Origin: Syntrophomonadaceae bacterium
Lineage (GTDB): Bacteria > Bacillota > Dethiobacteria > DTU022
DNA length: 47,166 bases
Reading direction: 5' to 3'
Assembly: GCA_003553895.1 (NCBI GenBank)
Contig: PWFM01000050.1
Span: forward strand, 1-47,166
The translations under genes were made by a program, and so were the position numbers. A model generated the notes under the pieces. The model was given only the letters and a program-made list of their open reading frames with translations, did no database searches and had not been told where the DNA came from. How positions within the stretch are numbered: position 1 is the stretch's first letter; each line of letters begins with the position of its first letter. Of this stretch, positions 1-8,651 are shown piece by piece.

Positions 1-35
1 AAAACCTTTCGCATGAAATCGCTCGTAAGAAGTTA

Positions 36-64
36 TTGAACGTCAACTTGATCTGCGCTATAAT
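36..64 (+). promoter_or_regulatory. sigma-A type promoter for tRNA-Thr
   Basis: TTGAAC (36-41), 17-nt spacer, TATAAT (59-64). The -10 ends 13 nt before the tRNA 5' end. Confidence 0.6.
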
Positions 65-77
65 ATTTATGCTAAAG

Positions 78-153
78 GCCGGCATAGCTCAATTGGTAGA
101 GCAGCTGAATCGTAATCAGCATGTTGGGGGTTCGAGTCCTCTTGCCGGCTCCA
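78..153 (+). tRNA. tRNA-Thr, anticodon CGU, with encoded CCA
   Basis: Hand-folded cloverleaf. The 7-bp acceptor stem pairs GCCGGCA (78-84) with TGCCGGC (143-149). D arm is GCTC/GAGC. Anticodon stem is GCTGA/TCAGC with loop A-T-CGT-A-A. T loop is TTCGAGT, discriminator T150, CCA 151-153. Confidence 0.9.
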
Positions 154-171
154 TATTTTTCTTGACTTTCG

Positions 172-200
172 GGGTCTGGATGATTTATCCAGACCCTTTT
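172..200 (+). terminator. intrinsic terminator after the tRNA
   Basis: 9-bp stem GGGTCTGGA / TCCAGACCC with a 7-nt loop, followed by TTTT (197-200). Confidence 0.75.
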
Positions 201-259
201 ACCTGGCACTTACTATCAGAAATTTCCACTATATTTTGATCTTAAAAAGCCGCGAAGCA

Positions 260-454
260 ATGAAAGAGGCCAGGGTCAAAGAGGCGATGAACGAAGCTGT
301 TGTAAAAGCCGGGGAAGATGAGCCCCTTAATGAACTGGCCCGCATGATGAAGCGCCACCGCACCAACCGCCTGCACATCGTTGATGATCAGGGCAAGATC
401 ACCGGTATAGTAACCAGGTCTGACATTTTGCTGGGGCTCAGCAAGAAATCCTGA
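260..454 (+). CDS. single CBS-domain protein, possibly a remnant
   Basis: Contains one CBS-like unit (VKEAMNEAVV...RLHIVDDQGKITGIVTRSDILLGL). The ORF opens at 236, and the first ATG is at 260. No convincing RBS. CBS domains normally occur in pairs. Confidence 0.4.
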   Translation: MKEARVKEAMNEAVVKAGEDEPLNELARMMKRHRTNRLHIVDDQGKITGIVTRSDILLGLSKKS

Positions 455-482
455 TCTTAATAATATATACTGCTTCCAAGTT

Positions 483-538
483 AATTAGGTTTTCTATGGT
501 TGGAAAGAAGATTTTAAAATGCCAGAGAAAACCTAATT
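483..538. repeat. 13-bp perfect inverted repeat in an AT-rich spacer
   Basis: AATTAGGTTTTCT (483-495) and AGAAAACCTAATT (526-538), separated by a 30-nt loop. Confidence 0.8.
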
Positions 539-670
539 GTGCGTTTTGAATACATCAATATTAATACAGCCTTAAGCTATTAATTACAGTACAGCTATAA
601 CGTAGCTGTCAGGCCTAACCGTCAGGACCTGCAGCTGCCCTCATGTATTTATCCATCTTTTCTGGCTTAC

Positions 671-868
671 TTAACGGTTTTTCCTGGCCAGCAAAGAAGC
701 CAGATAGCCGAGAATAAAACCGCCCACCAGGACTACAGCAATCAGAATAATCTGGGGCATGGAAATTGACCAAAATAGTATCCGAAGAACAGTTTCATGG
801 GTGTTTTGAATCAGGATGATCAGGAACAGGATCACCAGGACCAAAATGACGATAGCTTTTGGTTTCAT
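671..868 (-). CDS. small two-TM membrane protein, LapA/DUF1049-like
   Basis: 65 aa with two hydrophobic helices and a basic C-terminus (LLARKNR). GGAGG RBS upstream on the minus strand (TGGAGGTAATGAAATG). Confidence 0.65.
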   Translation of the reverse strand: MKPKAIVILVLVILFLIILIQNTHETVLRILFWSISMPQIILIAVVLVGGFILGYLASLLARKNR

Positions 869-1076
869 TTCATTACCTCCATTTCATATAAATTCTTAAT
901 TGCCCGTAATTTGTTATGCTAGTATTCACCATTATGCTTCGGTTTCCTTCCAGCCGCCTCAGGAATGGCCCGGAATTATTTATAGTGTCAGATATGAAGA
1001 ATTACCCCTTTTTTTAACGATTCCCCTTATACTTATGTTATTATATTAAAGAACAATTTTAAAGAGGTGCTTTTGC

Positions 1077-2129
1077 TTGCCATATCCCCGTATTACGGCA
1101 GACCTGGATAAAATGGTTGAAAATGTAGCCCTGGTAAAAGAAAAGTGCGCCGCTTATGGTATTGACATTATCGGTGTTACCAAGGGGTTTTGCGCCCATC
1201 CCGATGTGGCGAGCGCTTATGTAAAAGGCGGAGTTAGTGGTTTGGGCGATTCCAGGATCGATAATCTCAAGAAGCTCCAACACCTAAATGTTCCCAAGTA
1301 TCTGCTTAGGATTCCCATGCTGAGCGAAGTAGAATCAGTAATCGAACATGCCCATATTAGTTTTAATTCTGAGCTGGTTACTATAAAAGCCCTGGGAAAA
1401 GAAGCGCTGCGACGGGGAAAAATCCACAGAATTATCCTGATGGTTGAACTTGGAGATATCAGGGAAGGGGTCCTGGAACAAGATGTAACGGAATATATCC
1501 AGGAAATTAAGGGTATTGAGGGGATCGAATTCTCCGGTATTGGGGCTAACCTTTCCTGTTTCGGCGGAGTTATCCCCGACGAACATAATATGAGCCGCCT
1601 GGTCGACCTGGCCGATCGCATAGAAAAAGAAACTGGAGTCATGGTTGGCATAGTATCAGGCGGCAGCACTTCCAGCATTCCCCTGGTTAGCAGGGGGAAA
1701 ATGCCGAAAAAAATTAACCACCTGCGACTCGGTGAAATATTCATCATTGGCACTTATGGCCCAACAGGGATCCATACTGATGTTTTTAAAATGGAGGCGG
1801 AAATAATCGAGATTAAATCTAAACCTTCTGTGCCGACCGGGGAAACCGGCCTTGATGCCTTTTTGAGAAAACCGGTCTTCGAAGATAAGGGTATCAGGAA
1901 ACGGGCTCTGCTTGCTATCGGCAGGCAGGACGTGGATATAGAGCATATTAAACCCTCCGACCAGGAAATCGAAATCATCGGAGCCAGCAGTGATCACCTG
2001 ATCCTCGATATAGATTCTTGCGCCCGGGAGTACCGGGTTGGCGACATTGTTGAGTTTGGTTTGAACTATGTTTCTATCCTACGTCTTATGACTTCAGAGT
2101 ATGTCCATAAGTTTACAGTCACCACCTAG
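1077..2129 (+). CDS. PLP-dependent amino-acid racemase, alanine-racemase fold (ornithine racemase/YhfX-like)
   Basis: 350 aa. N-terminal GVTKGF motif carries a candidate PLP-lysine. The overall pattern resembles the COG3457-type predicted racemases. TTG start preceded by AAAGAGGTG. Confidence 0.7.
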   Translation: MPYPRITADLDKMVENVALVKEKCAAYGIDIIGVTKGFCAHPDVASAYVKGGVSGLGDSRIDNLKKLQHLNVPKYLLRIPMLSEVESVIEHAHISFNSELVTIKALGKEALRRGKIHRIILMVELGDIREGVLEQDVTEYIQEIKGIEGIEFSGIGANLSCFGGVIPDEHNMSRLVDLADRIEKETGVMVGIVSGGSTSSIPLVSRGKMPKKINHLRLGEIFIIGTYGPTGIHTDVFKMEAEIIEIKSKPSVPTGETGLDAFLRKPVFEDKGIRKRALLAIGRQDVDIEHIKPSDQEIEIIGASSDHLILDIDSCAREYRVGDIVEFGLNYVSILRLMTSEYVHKFTVTT

Positions 2130-2260
2130 TCGGCCAACCAGCTCAATATTTACTGGAGCGACCGGAATAATTCGGACCGAAATGAAAGGTTGACAGGATG
2201 GCTGAAAAGGACGATAAGCGTGATCAAGAATAGCAGCCGTTAAAAAAGGAGGTTTTAAAA

Positions 2261-2932
2261 ATGTTTGATTTAACTTTTTGGGGTCATGCATGTTTCCTGT
2301 TATCAGGGGAGGGCAGGGAAAAACTCGTTTTCGATCCTTTTATTAGCGAAAATCAGCTTGCTCCGGTAAAAGTAGAAGAAATAAAGGCAGACTATATCCT
2401 GATTTCACATGCCCACTGGGATCACCTGGGTGATGCGTATGAAATTGCTCGCCTGAACGGCTCGACCATTATTTCCAGCTCAGAAATTGCCAAGAAAGCC
2501 GCCGCCGACGGGCTTAATGCCCATCCTCAGCACCTGGGCGGTCGCAGTTTTCAGCCTTTTGGATCGGTAAAGCTCACTCTCGCTTTTCATGGCGCCGGTA
2601 TAGAAGGAGGCCATGCCTGCGGTTTTGTGATCGATTATTACGGCAAAAAAATTTATTTTGCCGGTGATACCGGGCTTTTCAGCGACATGAAATTGATCGG
2701 TGAGCTCGACCCCCTCGATCTGGCTCTTTTGCCAATTGGAGATAATTTTACCATGGGAATTGATGATGCGGTGATGGCCGCTTCGTTCCTGCAGGCAAAA
2801 ACGGTTATACCCTATCACTATAATACGTGGCCGTTGATTGAAAAGGATCCTGAGGAATTTAAGCAAAAAGTGGAGCAAAAAACGAAAAGCAATTGTGTCA
2901 TCCTGCCACCGGGTGGCAGCTATACTTTTTAG
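2261..2932 (+). CDS. UPF0173-family metal-dependent hydrolase (metallo-beta-lactamase fold)
   Basis: 223 aa. Has the HAHWDH metal motif and an N-terminus (FWGHACFLL) typical of UPF0173/YtkL-like proteins. AAGGAGG RBS. Confidence 0.85.
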   Translation: MFDLTFWGHACFLLSGEGREKLVFDPFISENQLAPVKVEEIKADYILISHAHWDHLGDAYEIARLNGSTIISSSEIAKKAAADGLNAHPQHLGGRSFQPFGSVKLTLAFHGAGIEGGHACGFVIDYYGKKIYFAGDTGLFSDMKLIGELDPLDLALLPIGDNFTMGIDDAVMAASFLQAKTVIPYHYNTWPLIEKDPEEFKQKVEQKTKSNCVILPPGGSYTF

Positions 2933-3044
2933 CAACTGCCCGGGTAGGCGGGAGTTTATTGCGGCCGGCAAAAAGCAGGAGCATTTTACGGCACTTTAAT
3001 AACGGTTTGTTGTTGTAAAAATTAGTATCTTCGGCTACAAAAAG

Positions 3045-3081
3045 CGGGACCTGCCCCCAAAGTGGGCTGTCCCGTTTTTTT
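3045..3081. terminator. bidirectional intrinsic terminator between convergent genes
   Basis: Stem CGGGAC (3045-3050) / GTCCCG (3069-3074). It is flanked by an A-run upstream and TTTTTTT downstream, so it reads as hairpin plus U-tract on both strands. Confidence 0.65.
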
Positions 3082-3134
3082 CAGGGTTCTATTTTTATAT
3101 GCTTTATAATCAACCTGCTTTAGTTTACTTACTT

Positions 3135-4022
3135 CTATTTATTTTCCTCTCGGTAGAGAGGTCGGGTCAAGCAGGTTGGTCCTCCTCCGCCCTTGACGGT
3201 TATGTCTTTGCCCGGGTATTCATAAACTGCGGCTCCTTCTTCCTCCAGGGCTTTCCTGGTGCGCGGACTGCCTCCGATCATGACACACTTGCGGGGGGCC
3301 AGGGCCAGGACGTTGCTGGCAAAATTTTCATATTCTTCGTCGGGAACTTCTACAAGTTTAAATCCTTTTTCAAGGAGCAAATTCCGGAAGGGAACTGCCA
3401 ACATTCGTGAATAGACTACAGCAAGGTCACAGTCAACCGGGCTGATCATCGAAGTCAGGTGCAGGCATTCATCGGGTCCATTCCAGTGAGGTAGGGGGAC
3501 TTCGATTATTTCTTTGACCATCTCCCCTGTTAGCTCCCGCAGCTGGGCTATACCTTCCCGGTTAGTCCTATAGCCAATTCCGACCGCTGCAGTATTGTCG
3601 TCAAACCAGACGACATCTCCTCCTTCAAGTATGCCCGGTGGTTTTATGGAGCCCAAAATGGGGATGCCCAGGTTTTCCAAAAAAGCGCCGATCGTTTCCG
3701 GTTCTTTCCTTCTTTCCTTTTTACCCATGTTGCAAAGAATGGCCCCCTGTGAAGTAATCAATACAGGGTCATGCACGTAGATGGAATCAAGGGTGTTTTT
3801 GTCATCTTCTGGGAGGTAATAGACTTCCGAAACATGGCTTTCAATGATCGTTGCCAGCTGGTTAAATTCATGCAGCGCTTTTTCAAAATTTGGTTTGCCA
3901 GGATAATTGAGTTTTTCCCACTGCTGGTTGGTGTACTCCTGGCCAAACCAGGCTTTGGCCGGGCTTTTCATTAAAATCGATTGGATTTTTCCGGTTTCAG
4001 ACTGACCGTTATATGTAATCAT
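3135..4022 (-). CDS. amidinotransferase-fold enzyme (dimethylarginine dimethylaminohydrolase / arginine deiminase family)
   Basis: 295 aa. C-terminal GGGGPTC motif carries the candidate catalytic Cys. Also has LEGGDV and CLHLTS motifs characteristic of the guanidino-modifying superfamily. GGAGG RBS. Confidence 0.8.
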   Translation of the reverse strand: MITYNGQSETGKIQSILMKSPAKAWFGQEYTNQQWEKLNYPGKPNFEKALHEFNQLATIIESHVSEVYYLPEDDKNTLDSIYVHDPVLITSQGAILCNMGKKERRKEPETIGAFLENLGIPILGSIKPPGILEGGDVVWFDDNTAAVGIGYRTNREGIAQLRELTGEMVKEIIEVPLPHWNGPDECLHLTSMISPVDCDLAVVYSRMLAVPFRNLLLEKGFKLVEVPDEEYENFASNVLALAPRKCVMIGGSPRTRKALEEEGAAVYEYPGKDITVKGGGGPTCLTRPLYREENK

Positions 4023-4066
4023 TTCTAACCTCCAGGTATTAAATGATCTTTAACCTTGCTGGTTCC

Positions 4067-4096
4067 ATTCTACCATATCGTTTAATTGAAAACCAA
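4067..4096 (-). promoter_or_regulatory. candidate extended -10 promoter for the amidinotransferase-fold gene
   Basis: The minus strand reads TTGGTT, 18 nt, then TGGTAGAAT (extended -10 TGnTAnAAT). This sits about 45 nt upstream of the start codon. Confidence 0.4.
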
Positions 4097-4363
4097 AAGC
4101 CGGAGCCTGGTGGGTCCGGTATTAGCTGTCCGGTATTGAGCGTGGTAGGTGCTATTTTCAAACAGGTACTCAAGGCTGCATCTGGTTTGCCCGGTCCAGG
4201 CAATTGTAGTATCATTGATTGTAGCATTTCAGGTTGTTTTATCATGGTGCCTTAACCTTAAAGAAAAACCAATGAAGACTTAACGGGTCTTCTGCAGGCG
4301 TTTTTTTCTTGGAGGTAATTTTGTTAACTTATTTTTGTTAACCGGAAAAGGATAGATGCTTTT

Positions 4364-5278
4364 ATGACTGTAACACTGCCAGAATTAAAAAAAGGATTTG
4401 AGGGGACCGGCTATATTTGCGATGAAAGTACGGCTTTGACCGTTTATTTGACTCTCCAACTTCAAAAACCGCTTCTTATTGAGGGAGCGCCCGGGGTTGG
4501 GAAAACTGAAATGGGTAAGGTACTGGCCGAAATCTTGCAGACGGACTTGATCCGACTGCAGTGCTACGAGGGTCTTGATGAAACAAAGGCCCTCTACGAG
4601 TGGAACTACCAGCGTCAACTTTTGCGCATCCAGATGAACCGCAACCTGGAAGATGGCCAGGTTAAAGAGGAAGATCTGTTTTCAAAACAATACCTGATGG
4701 AAAGGCCCCTTCTGAAAGCGATTCAAGCAGAGGAGAGGCCCGTTCTTTTGATTGACGAAGTGGACAAGTGCGACCCTGAATTTGAAGCTTTTCTGTTTGA
4801 GGTCCTGTCCGATTTTCAGGTTTCGATCCCGGAATTGGGAACGATCAGGGCCCATCAAATTCCGGTGGTGGTTTTAACCAGCAACAATGAACGTGAACTG
4901 TCTGACGGCTTGAAAAGGCGCTGCCTTTATCTGTACCTTGACTTTCCGACTGTTGAAGATGAAGTCCAGATAATTAAGGCCAAGGTGCCGGCTGCCGCCG
5001 ATCGCCTGGCCTGGGACATGGCGCGAGTGGTGGCTCGCCTGCGCCGTGCAGGAGACTTACGTAAAAAGCCTTCCATCGCTGAAACCCTTGACTGGGCCAG
5101 AGCCCTGGTGGCCCTGGACCGCAACCGGCTCGACGGCAAAGTAGCCGGTGAAACCTTGAACCTGGTTTTAAAGACCCGGGCCGACCAGGAATATTTCAAT
5201 GAAGAGATCGGCCCTGAAGGAATCGAGAAAATACTCAGGCAAGGTAAAGATGGAGGTGAGGCTACCAGGTGCCGTTAA
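4364..5278 (+). CDS. MoxR-type AAA+ ATPase (CoxD-like)
   Basis: 304 aa. Walker A is GAPGVGKTE and Walker B is LLIDEVDK. The size is typical of MoxR proteins. Confidence 0.85.
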   Translation: MTVTLPELKKGFEGTGYICDESTALTVYLTLQLQKPLLIEGAPGVGKTEMGKVLAEILQTDLIRLQCYEGLDETKALYEWNYQRQLLRIQMNRNLEDGQVKEEDLFSKQYLMERPLLKAIQAEERPVLLIDEVDKCDPEFEAFLFEVLSDFQVSIPELGTIRAHQIPVVVLTSNNERELSDGLKRRCLYLYLDFPTVEDEVQIIKAKVPAAADRLAWDMARVVARLRRAGDLRKKPSIAETLDWARALVALDRNRLDGKVAGETLNLVLKTRADQEYFNEEIGPEGIEKILRQGKDGGEATRCR

Positions 5279-6612
5279 AAGAGAAGTTTTCGCAGGGTCA
5301 CCTGGCAGAAAACCTGGTTACGTTCACCAACCTGTTGCGGAAAGAGGGAATCACGATCAGCACCGCTGAAACCATGGATGCCTTTTCGGCACTGCAGCAG
5401 ATAGAGATTTCTGACCGGGAGGATTTTAAAACAGCCCTGCAGGCCGCCTTGATTAAAAATCGCCGCGATCATGATTGTTTTAACCACCTGTTTGACTATT
5501 TTTTTGCCCCTCCGGAAATACGTAATAGGGAAGAGCATAAGGCGGCTATATATAAAAAAGAATATGAAGCCGGATTGGACCGGGCCGTCCGGGAATTAAC
5601 ATTTAAAGGAGAGTCTTTAGCGCTTTCTCCTGCGGAACTGGCCCAGTACAACAACATGACCTCCGATCAACGCGAACGGCTGCAGGCCTTCATGCATAAA
5701 ACTGAAACGGGGGTCAATGTTGAAGAGCGGTTTCGCCCCATCCTGGAGACGGTGGTTAAAAGCCACCTTCGTTACTGTCGGACAAACCAAAACCGGGAAC
5801 AACATGAAAACAAAAACAGTGATGGGGATTATTTAGGCGATGTTCCGGGTGGGAGTGGTTCTGGGTCCGGGAGTGGCAGGGCTGCCCTCAGCGAAGTGGA
5901 TATCCAGGCCATTACGGCCGGTGAACTGCCTGAGGCGGAGCAGCTCTTGCAGAGGCTGTCTAAAAAACTGGCCGTGCAGATTTTGCGCAGGCGCCGCACC
6001 GGCCCCCGCAGCGGGCCAATTGATCTGCGCCGCTCCCTGCGTGACAACATGCGTTACGGCGGCATCATATTTAAGCTGAAGCACAGGCCTAAGCGCCGGA
6101 ACCGCGAACAGATTGTTCTGCTTTGCGATGTGTCCGCTTCCATGAAACAGTACAGTACTTTCGTACTTCAATTTATGCATGGATTGCGTGAATCAGTGCG
6201 TGATTTGTCTTGCTTTAGCTTTTCCGATAACCTGGAGAACATCACTCCCGAACTTAAAAAAAGGGGAGGACTTCAACAGTTGCTGGATCGGGTCATACGC
6301 TGCAGTGATACCTGGGGCGGGGGAACTAACATTGGCCTCTCCGTCCGGGCTTTAATGGATAAATATCCTGACTTGCTGGGTGGAAGGACCTCTGTCATAG
6401 TAGTTAGTGATACCAGGACCATTTCTCTGGATTCTGCGGTCAAAGAATTGAGCAAACTCGGAGATCGGGTTAAAAGAATTGTCTGGCTTAACCCCCTGCC
6501 CAGGGAGCAGTGGTCTGAGTACCGTTCTGTAGAATCTGTATCCAAACTGGTGGAGATGTGGCCATGCAATACCATTGCCCAGCTGGAGGCAGTCCTTTCC
6601 GGACGACTCTAA
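5269..6612 (+). CDS. VWA-domain protein, CoxE-like
   Basis: 447 aa. MIDAS-type motif VLLCDVSASM. Has a CoxE-like N-terminal region and a GSGSGSGSG linker. The GTG start overlaps the MoxR gene by 10 nt, suggesting translational coupling. Confidence 0.8.
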   Translation: MPLKEKFSQGHLAENLVTFTNLLRKEGITISTAETMDAFSALQQIEISDREDFKTALQAALIKNRRDHDCFNHLFDYFFAPPEIRNREEHKAAIYKKEYEAGLDRAVRELTFKGESLALSPAELAQYNNMTSDQRERLQAFMHKTETGVNVEERFRPILETVVKSHLRYCRTNQNREQHENKNSDGDYLGDVPGGSGSGSGSGRAALSEVDIQAITAGELPEAEQLLQRLSKKLAVQILRRRRTGPRSGPIDLRRSLRDNMRYGGIIFKLKHRPKRRNREQIVLLCDVSASMKQYSTFVLQFMHGLRESVRDLSCFSFSDNLENITPELKKRGGLQQLLDRVIRCSDTWGGGTNIGLSVRALMDKYPDLLGGRTSVIVVSDTRTISLDSAVKELSKLGDRVKRIVWLNPLPREQWSEYRSVESVSKLVEMWPCNTIAQLEAVLSGRL

Positions 6613-6699
6613 AAAACTGAAATAAGTGGAAAGGGCAAGGCGTTACAAAAACAAGATATTAATAGCTTAATTAACCTGCAAAGAGAGGAGTAATGAATA

Positions 6700-7455
6700 A
6701 TGACCAAGCGCATAGCTATAGCCGGTAAAGGGGGGACAGGGAAAACTACCCTGGCTGCTTTACTGGTCCGTTTTCTAATGAATGAGAAAAAAGGTGCGGA
6801 TATCCTGACCGTCGATGCTGACGCAAACGCTAACCTTAACGAGGCCTTAGGTCTCGAAGTTGAAGAAACGGTTAGCTCAATTCTTGAAGATACCAAGGAC
6901 CCCAAGGCTGTTCCCGCCGGAATGACCAAAGATGTTTTTGTCGAGTACCGCCTGAGTCGGGCCATGGTTGAAGAGGATGCCTTTGATTTGCTGGTAATGG
7001 GTAATCCCGAAGGTCCCGGCTGTTATTGTTATCCCAACGATCTTCTCAAAAAATACCTGGAAACGTTAAGCAAAAATTATGATTACATGGTCATCGACAA
7101 TGAGGCGGGCCTGGAGCACCTTAGCCGCCGCCTTCTGCCCATGGTTGACCTGCTTTTGGTGACCAGCGATGCTACGGCAAGGGGTATTCGTTCTGCCGGT
7201 CGGGTCAGGGATATAGTGGAGAAAGTTAAGATGGATGTAACTAAAATGGGGCTGGTTATCAGCCGCAGCAGGGACGGTGAAGCCCAGGCCCTGGACCAGG
7301 AAATCAAGAATAGTGGACTTGAGCTTATAGGCGAAATCGGACATGATTCGCTGGTGGCCGATTATGATTTGAATGGTCGCCCCCTGTTGAGCCTTCCTGA
7401 TGATTCAAGGGCGGTGCAGGATTCCAGGAAACTTTTCCAGGCTTTGACTTTTTAA
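6700..7455 (+). CDS. cooC: CooC/AcsF-type P-loop NTPase (Ni-insertion accessory protein family)
   Basis: 251 aa. Deviant Walker A is IAGKGGTGKTT. A GPGCYC (CXC) motif is present, as in CooC metal-binding sites. GAGAGGAG RBS. Confidence 0.75.
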   Translation: MTKRIAIAGKGGTGKTTLAALLVRFLMNEKKGADILTVDADANANLNEALGLEVEETVSSILEDTKDPKAVPAGMTKDVFVEYRLSRAMVEEDAFDLLVMGNPEGPGCYCYPNDLLKKYLETLSKNYDYMVIDNEAGLEHLSRRLLPMVDLLLVTSDATARGIRSAGRVRDIVEKVKMDVTKMGLVISRSRDGEAQALDQEIKNSGLELIGEIGHDSLVADYDLNGRPLLSLPDDSRAVQDSRKLFQALTF

Positions 7456-7552
7456 ATTCTGGACCTAAGATCGGTAAAGCGCTGTCAACTTTTTGGCGCT
7501 GTTTTGCCTCTACTACTAAACTGTGCTGGCTAAAACCGGGGAGGAAAAAGAG

Positions 7553-8197
7553 ATGCTTTTTCAAGATCGTCGCCAGGCGGGAGAAATTCTCGCTGAAAAA
7601 CTGGCCCATTACCGGGGGCGGCAACCTTTGATTTTAGCCGTCCCCCGCGGTGGGGTGATTGTTGCCGAGCCGGTCTGGCAAAGTTTGGGTGGGGAGCTTG
7701 ATCTAATCATTACCAGGAAAATCGGCGCTCCTGATCAGCCTGAGCTGGCCATCGGCGCAGTCAGTGGGGATGGGTTTACCACCCTTAACGAACAGTTGGT
7801 TTCCCGTCTCCGGGTGGATCAAGAATATATCGCCAGGAAAGCGGAAGAAGAATTGGCAGAGATCAGGCGGCGTTTGAACGATTACCGGGGTGACTCGCCT
7901 CTGCCGGAAGTTGAAGGCCGCCTGGTAATTCTCATTGATGACGGGGTAGCTACCGGTTATACTCTTCTGGCTGCTTTGCGCAGCTTGAAGGAGAAAAACC
8001 CACTCACCCTGGTTCTGGCCGTCCCGGTAGGGCCACCCGACACTTTTAGCATCCTGGGTCGAGAAGTGAATGAATTGGTTTACGTTGATGCTCCGAAAAA
8101 TTTTGCCGCTGTGGGCCAGTTTTACCGGGCCTTCAGCCAGGTTAACGATAACGAAGTGAAGGCCGTTCTGAGGAGAACCGGCCTGGTAGGAGGATAA
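7553..8197 (+). CDS. phosphoribosyltransferase-family protein
   Basis: PRPP-binding loop VILIDDGVATGYT. I prefer the ATG at 7553, preceded by GGGGAGG, over the GTG at 7523 used by the ORF track. Confidence 0.75.
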   Translation: MLFQDRRQAGEILAEKLAHYRGRQPLILAVPRGGVIVAEPVWQSLGGELDLIITRKIGAPDQPELAIGAVSGDGFTTLNEQLVSRLRVDQEYIARKAEEELAEIRRRLNDYRGDSPLPEVEGRLVILIDDGVATGYTLLAALRSLKEKNPLTLVLAVPVGPPDTFSILGREVNELVYVDAPKNFAAVGQFYRAFSQVNDNEVKAVLRRTGLVGG

Positions 8198-8201
8198 AGT
8201 A

Positions 8202-8651
8202 ATGGCTGAAGAACGGCTCGATATAAAAAGGATCCTCTCCGTATTGCCCCACCGCTATCCTTTTTTGCTGGTTGATCGACTTACGGAGCTGGTCCCCGGA
8301 GAAAAAGCGGTGGGGATAAAAAATGTTACGATTAACGAACCATTTTTTCAGGGCCACTTTCCCGGTGAACCTGTCATGCCAGGAGTTTTGATCATTGAAG
8401 CCCTGGCTCAGGTTGGGGCGACGGCGGTCTTGAGCATGGAGGGCAATGAAGATAAACTGGCAGTATTTAGCGGTATAAAAGATTTTCGTTTCAAGCAGGT
8501 GGTCAAACCGGGCGATCAGCTTCAGTTGAGCGTTGTCATGACCGGCATGCGCCGCAATATTGGCAAAGGCGAGGTTGAAGCCAGGGTCGAAAGCAAGATC
8601 GTGGCTTCCGGCGAACTCTGGTTTGCTCTTGTGGATCGTGACCAGGCCTGA
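8202..8651 (+). CDS. fabZ: 3-hydroxyacyl-ACP dehydratase FabZ
   Basis: 149 aa. Motifs LPHRYPFLLVDR and HFPGEPVMPGVL are hallmark FabZ sequences. Confidence 0.92.
   Translation: MAEERLDIKRILSVLPHRYPFLLVDRLTELVPGEKAVGIKNVTINEPFFQGHFPGEPVMPGVLIIEALAQVGATAVLSMEGNEDKLAVFSGIKDFRFKQVVKPGDQLQLSVVMTGMRRNIGKGEVEARVESKIVASGELWFALVDRDQA

Noticed and set aside
36-239. 67-aa ORF at the start of the window
   Set aside because: It runs straight through the tRNA-Thr gene, its promoter and its terminator. It has no RBS and is an artefact of the ORF scan.
1217-1753. 178-aa minus-strand ORF, plus other antisense ORFs (9543-10196, 12092-12721, 15662-16210, 40667-41338, 28440-29018)
   Set aside because: Each lies opposite a strongly supported conserved gene. 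Each has unusual composition and no recognisable domain.
4039-4255. Mirror-image 68-aa and 70-aa ORFs on both strands of the divergent intergenic region
   Set aside because: Neither has an RBS or a recognisable domain. The region is better explained as promoter and operator DNA.
4318-4345. Paired TGTTAAC motifs upstream of the MoxR gene and upstream of uvrB (26961-26993) as a shared operator
   Set aside because: GTTAAC-containing heptamers also occur many times inside coding regions of this window (for example near 8135, 12173, 16089, 30243, 37642 and 42241). The recurrence is not beyond chance for AT-rich spacers.
5845-5880. GGSGSGSGSGR stretch in the VWA protein as a possible DNA tandem repeat
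   Set aside because: The codons are varied (ggt ggg agt ggt tct ggg tcc ggg agt ggc). It is a protein-level flexible linker, not a nucleotide repeat or CRISPR-like array.
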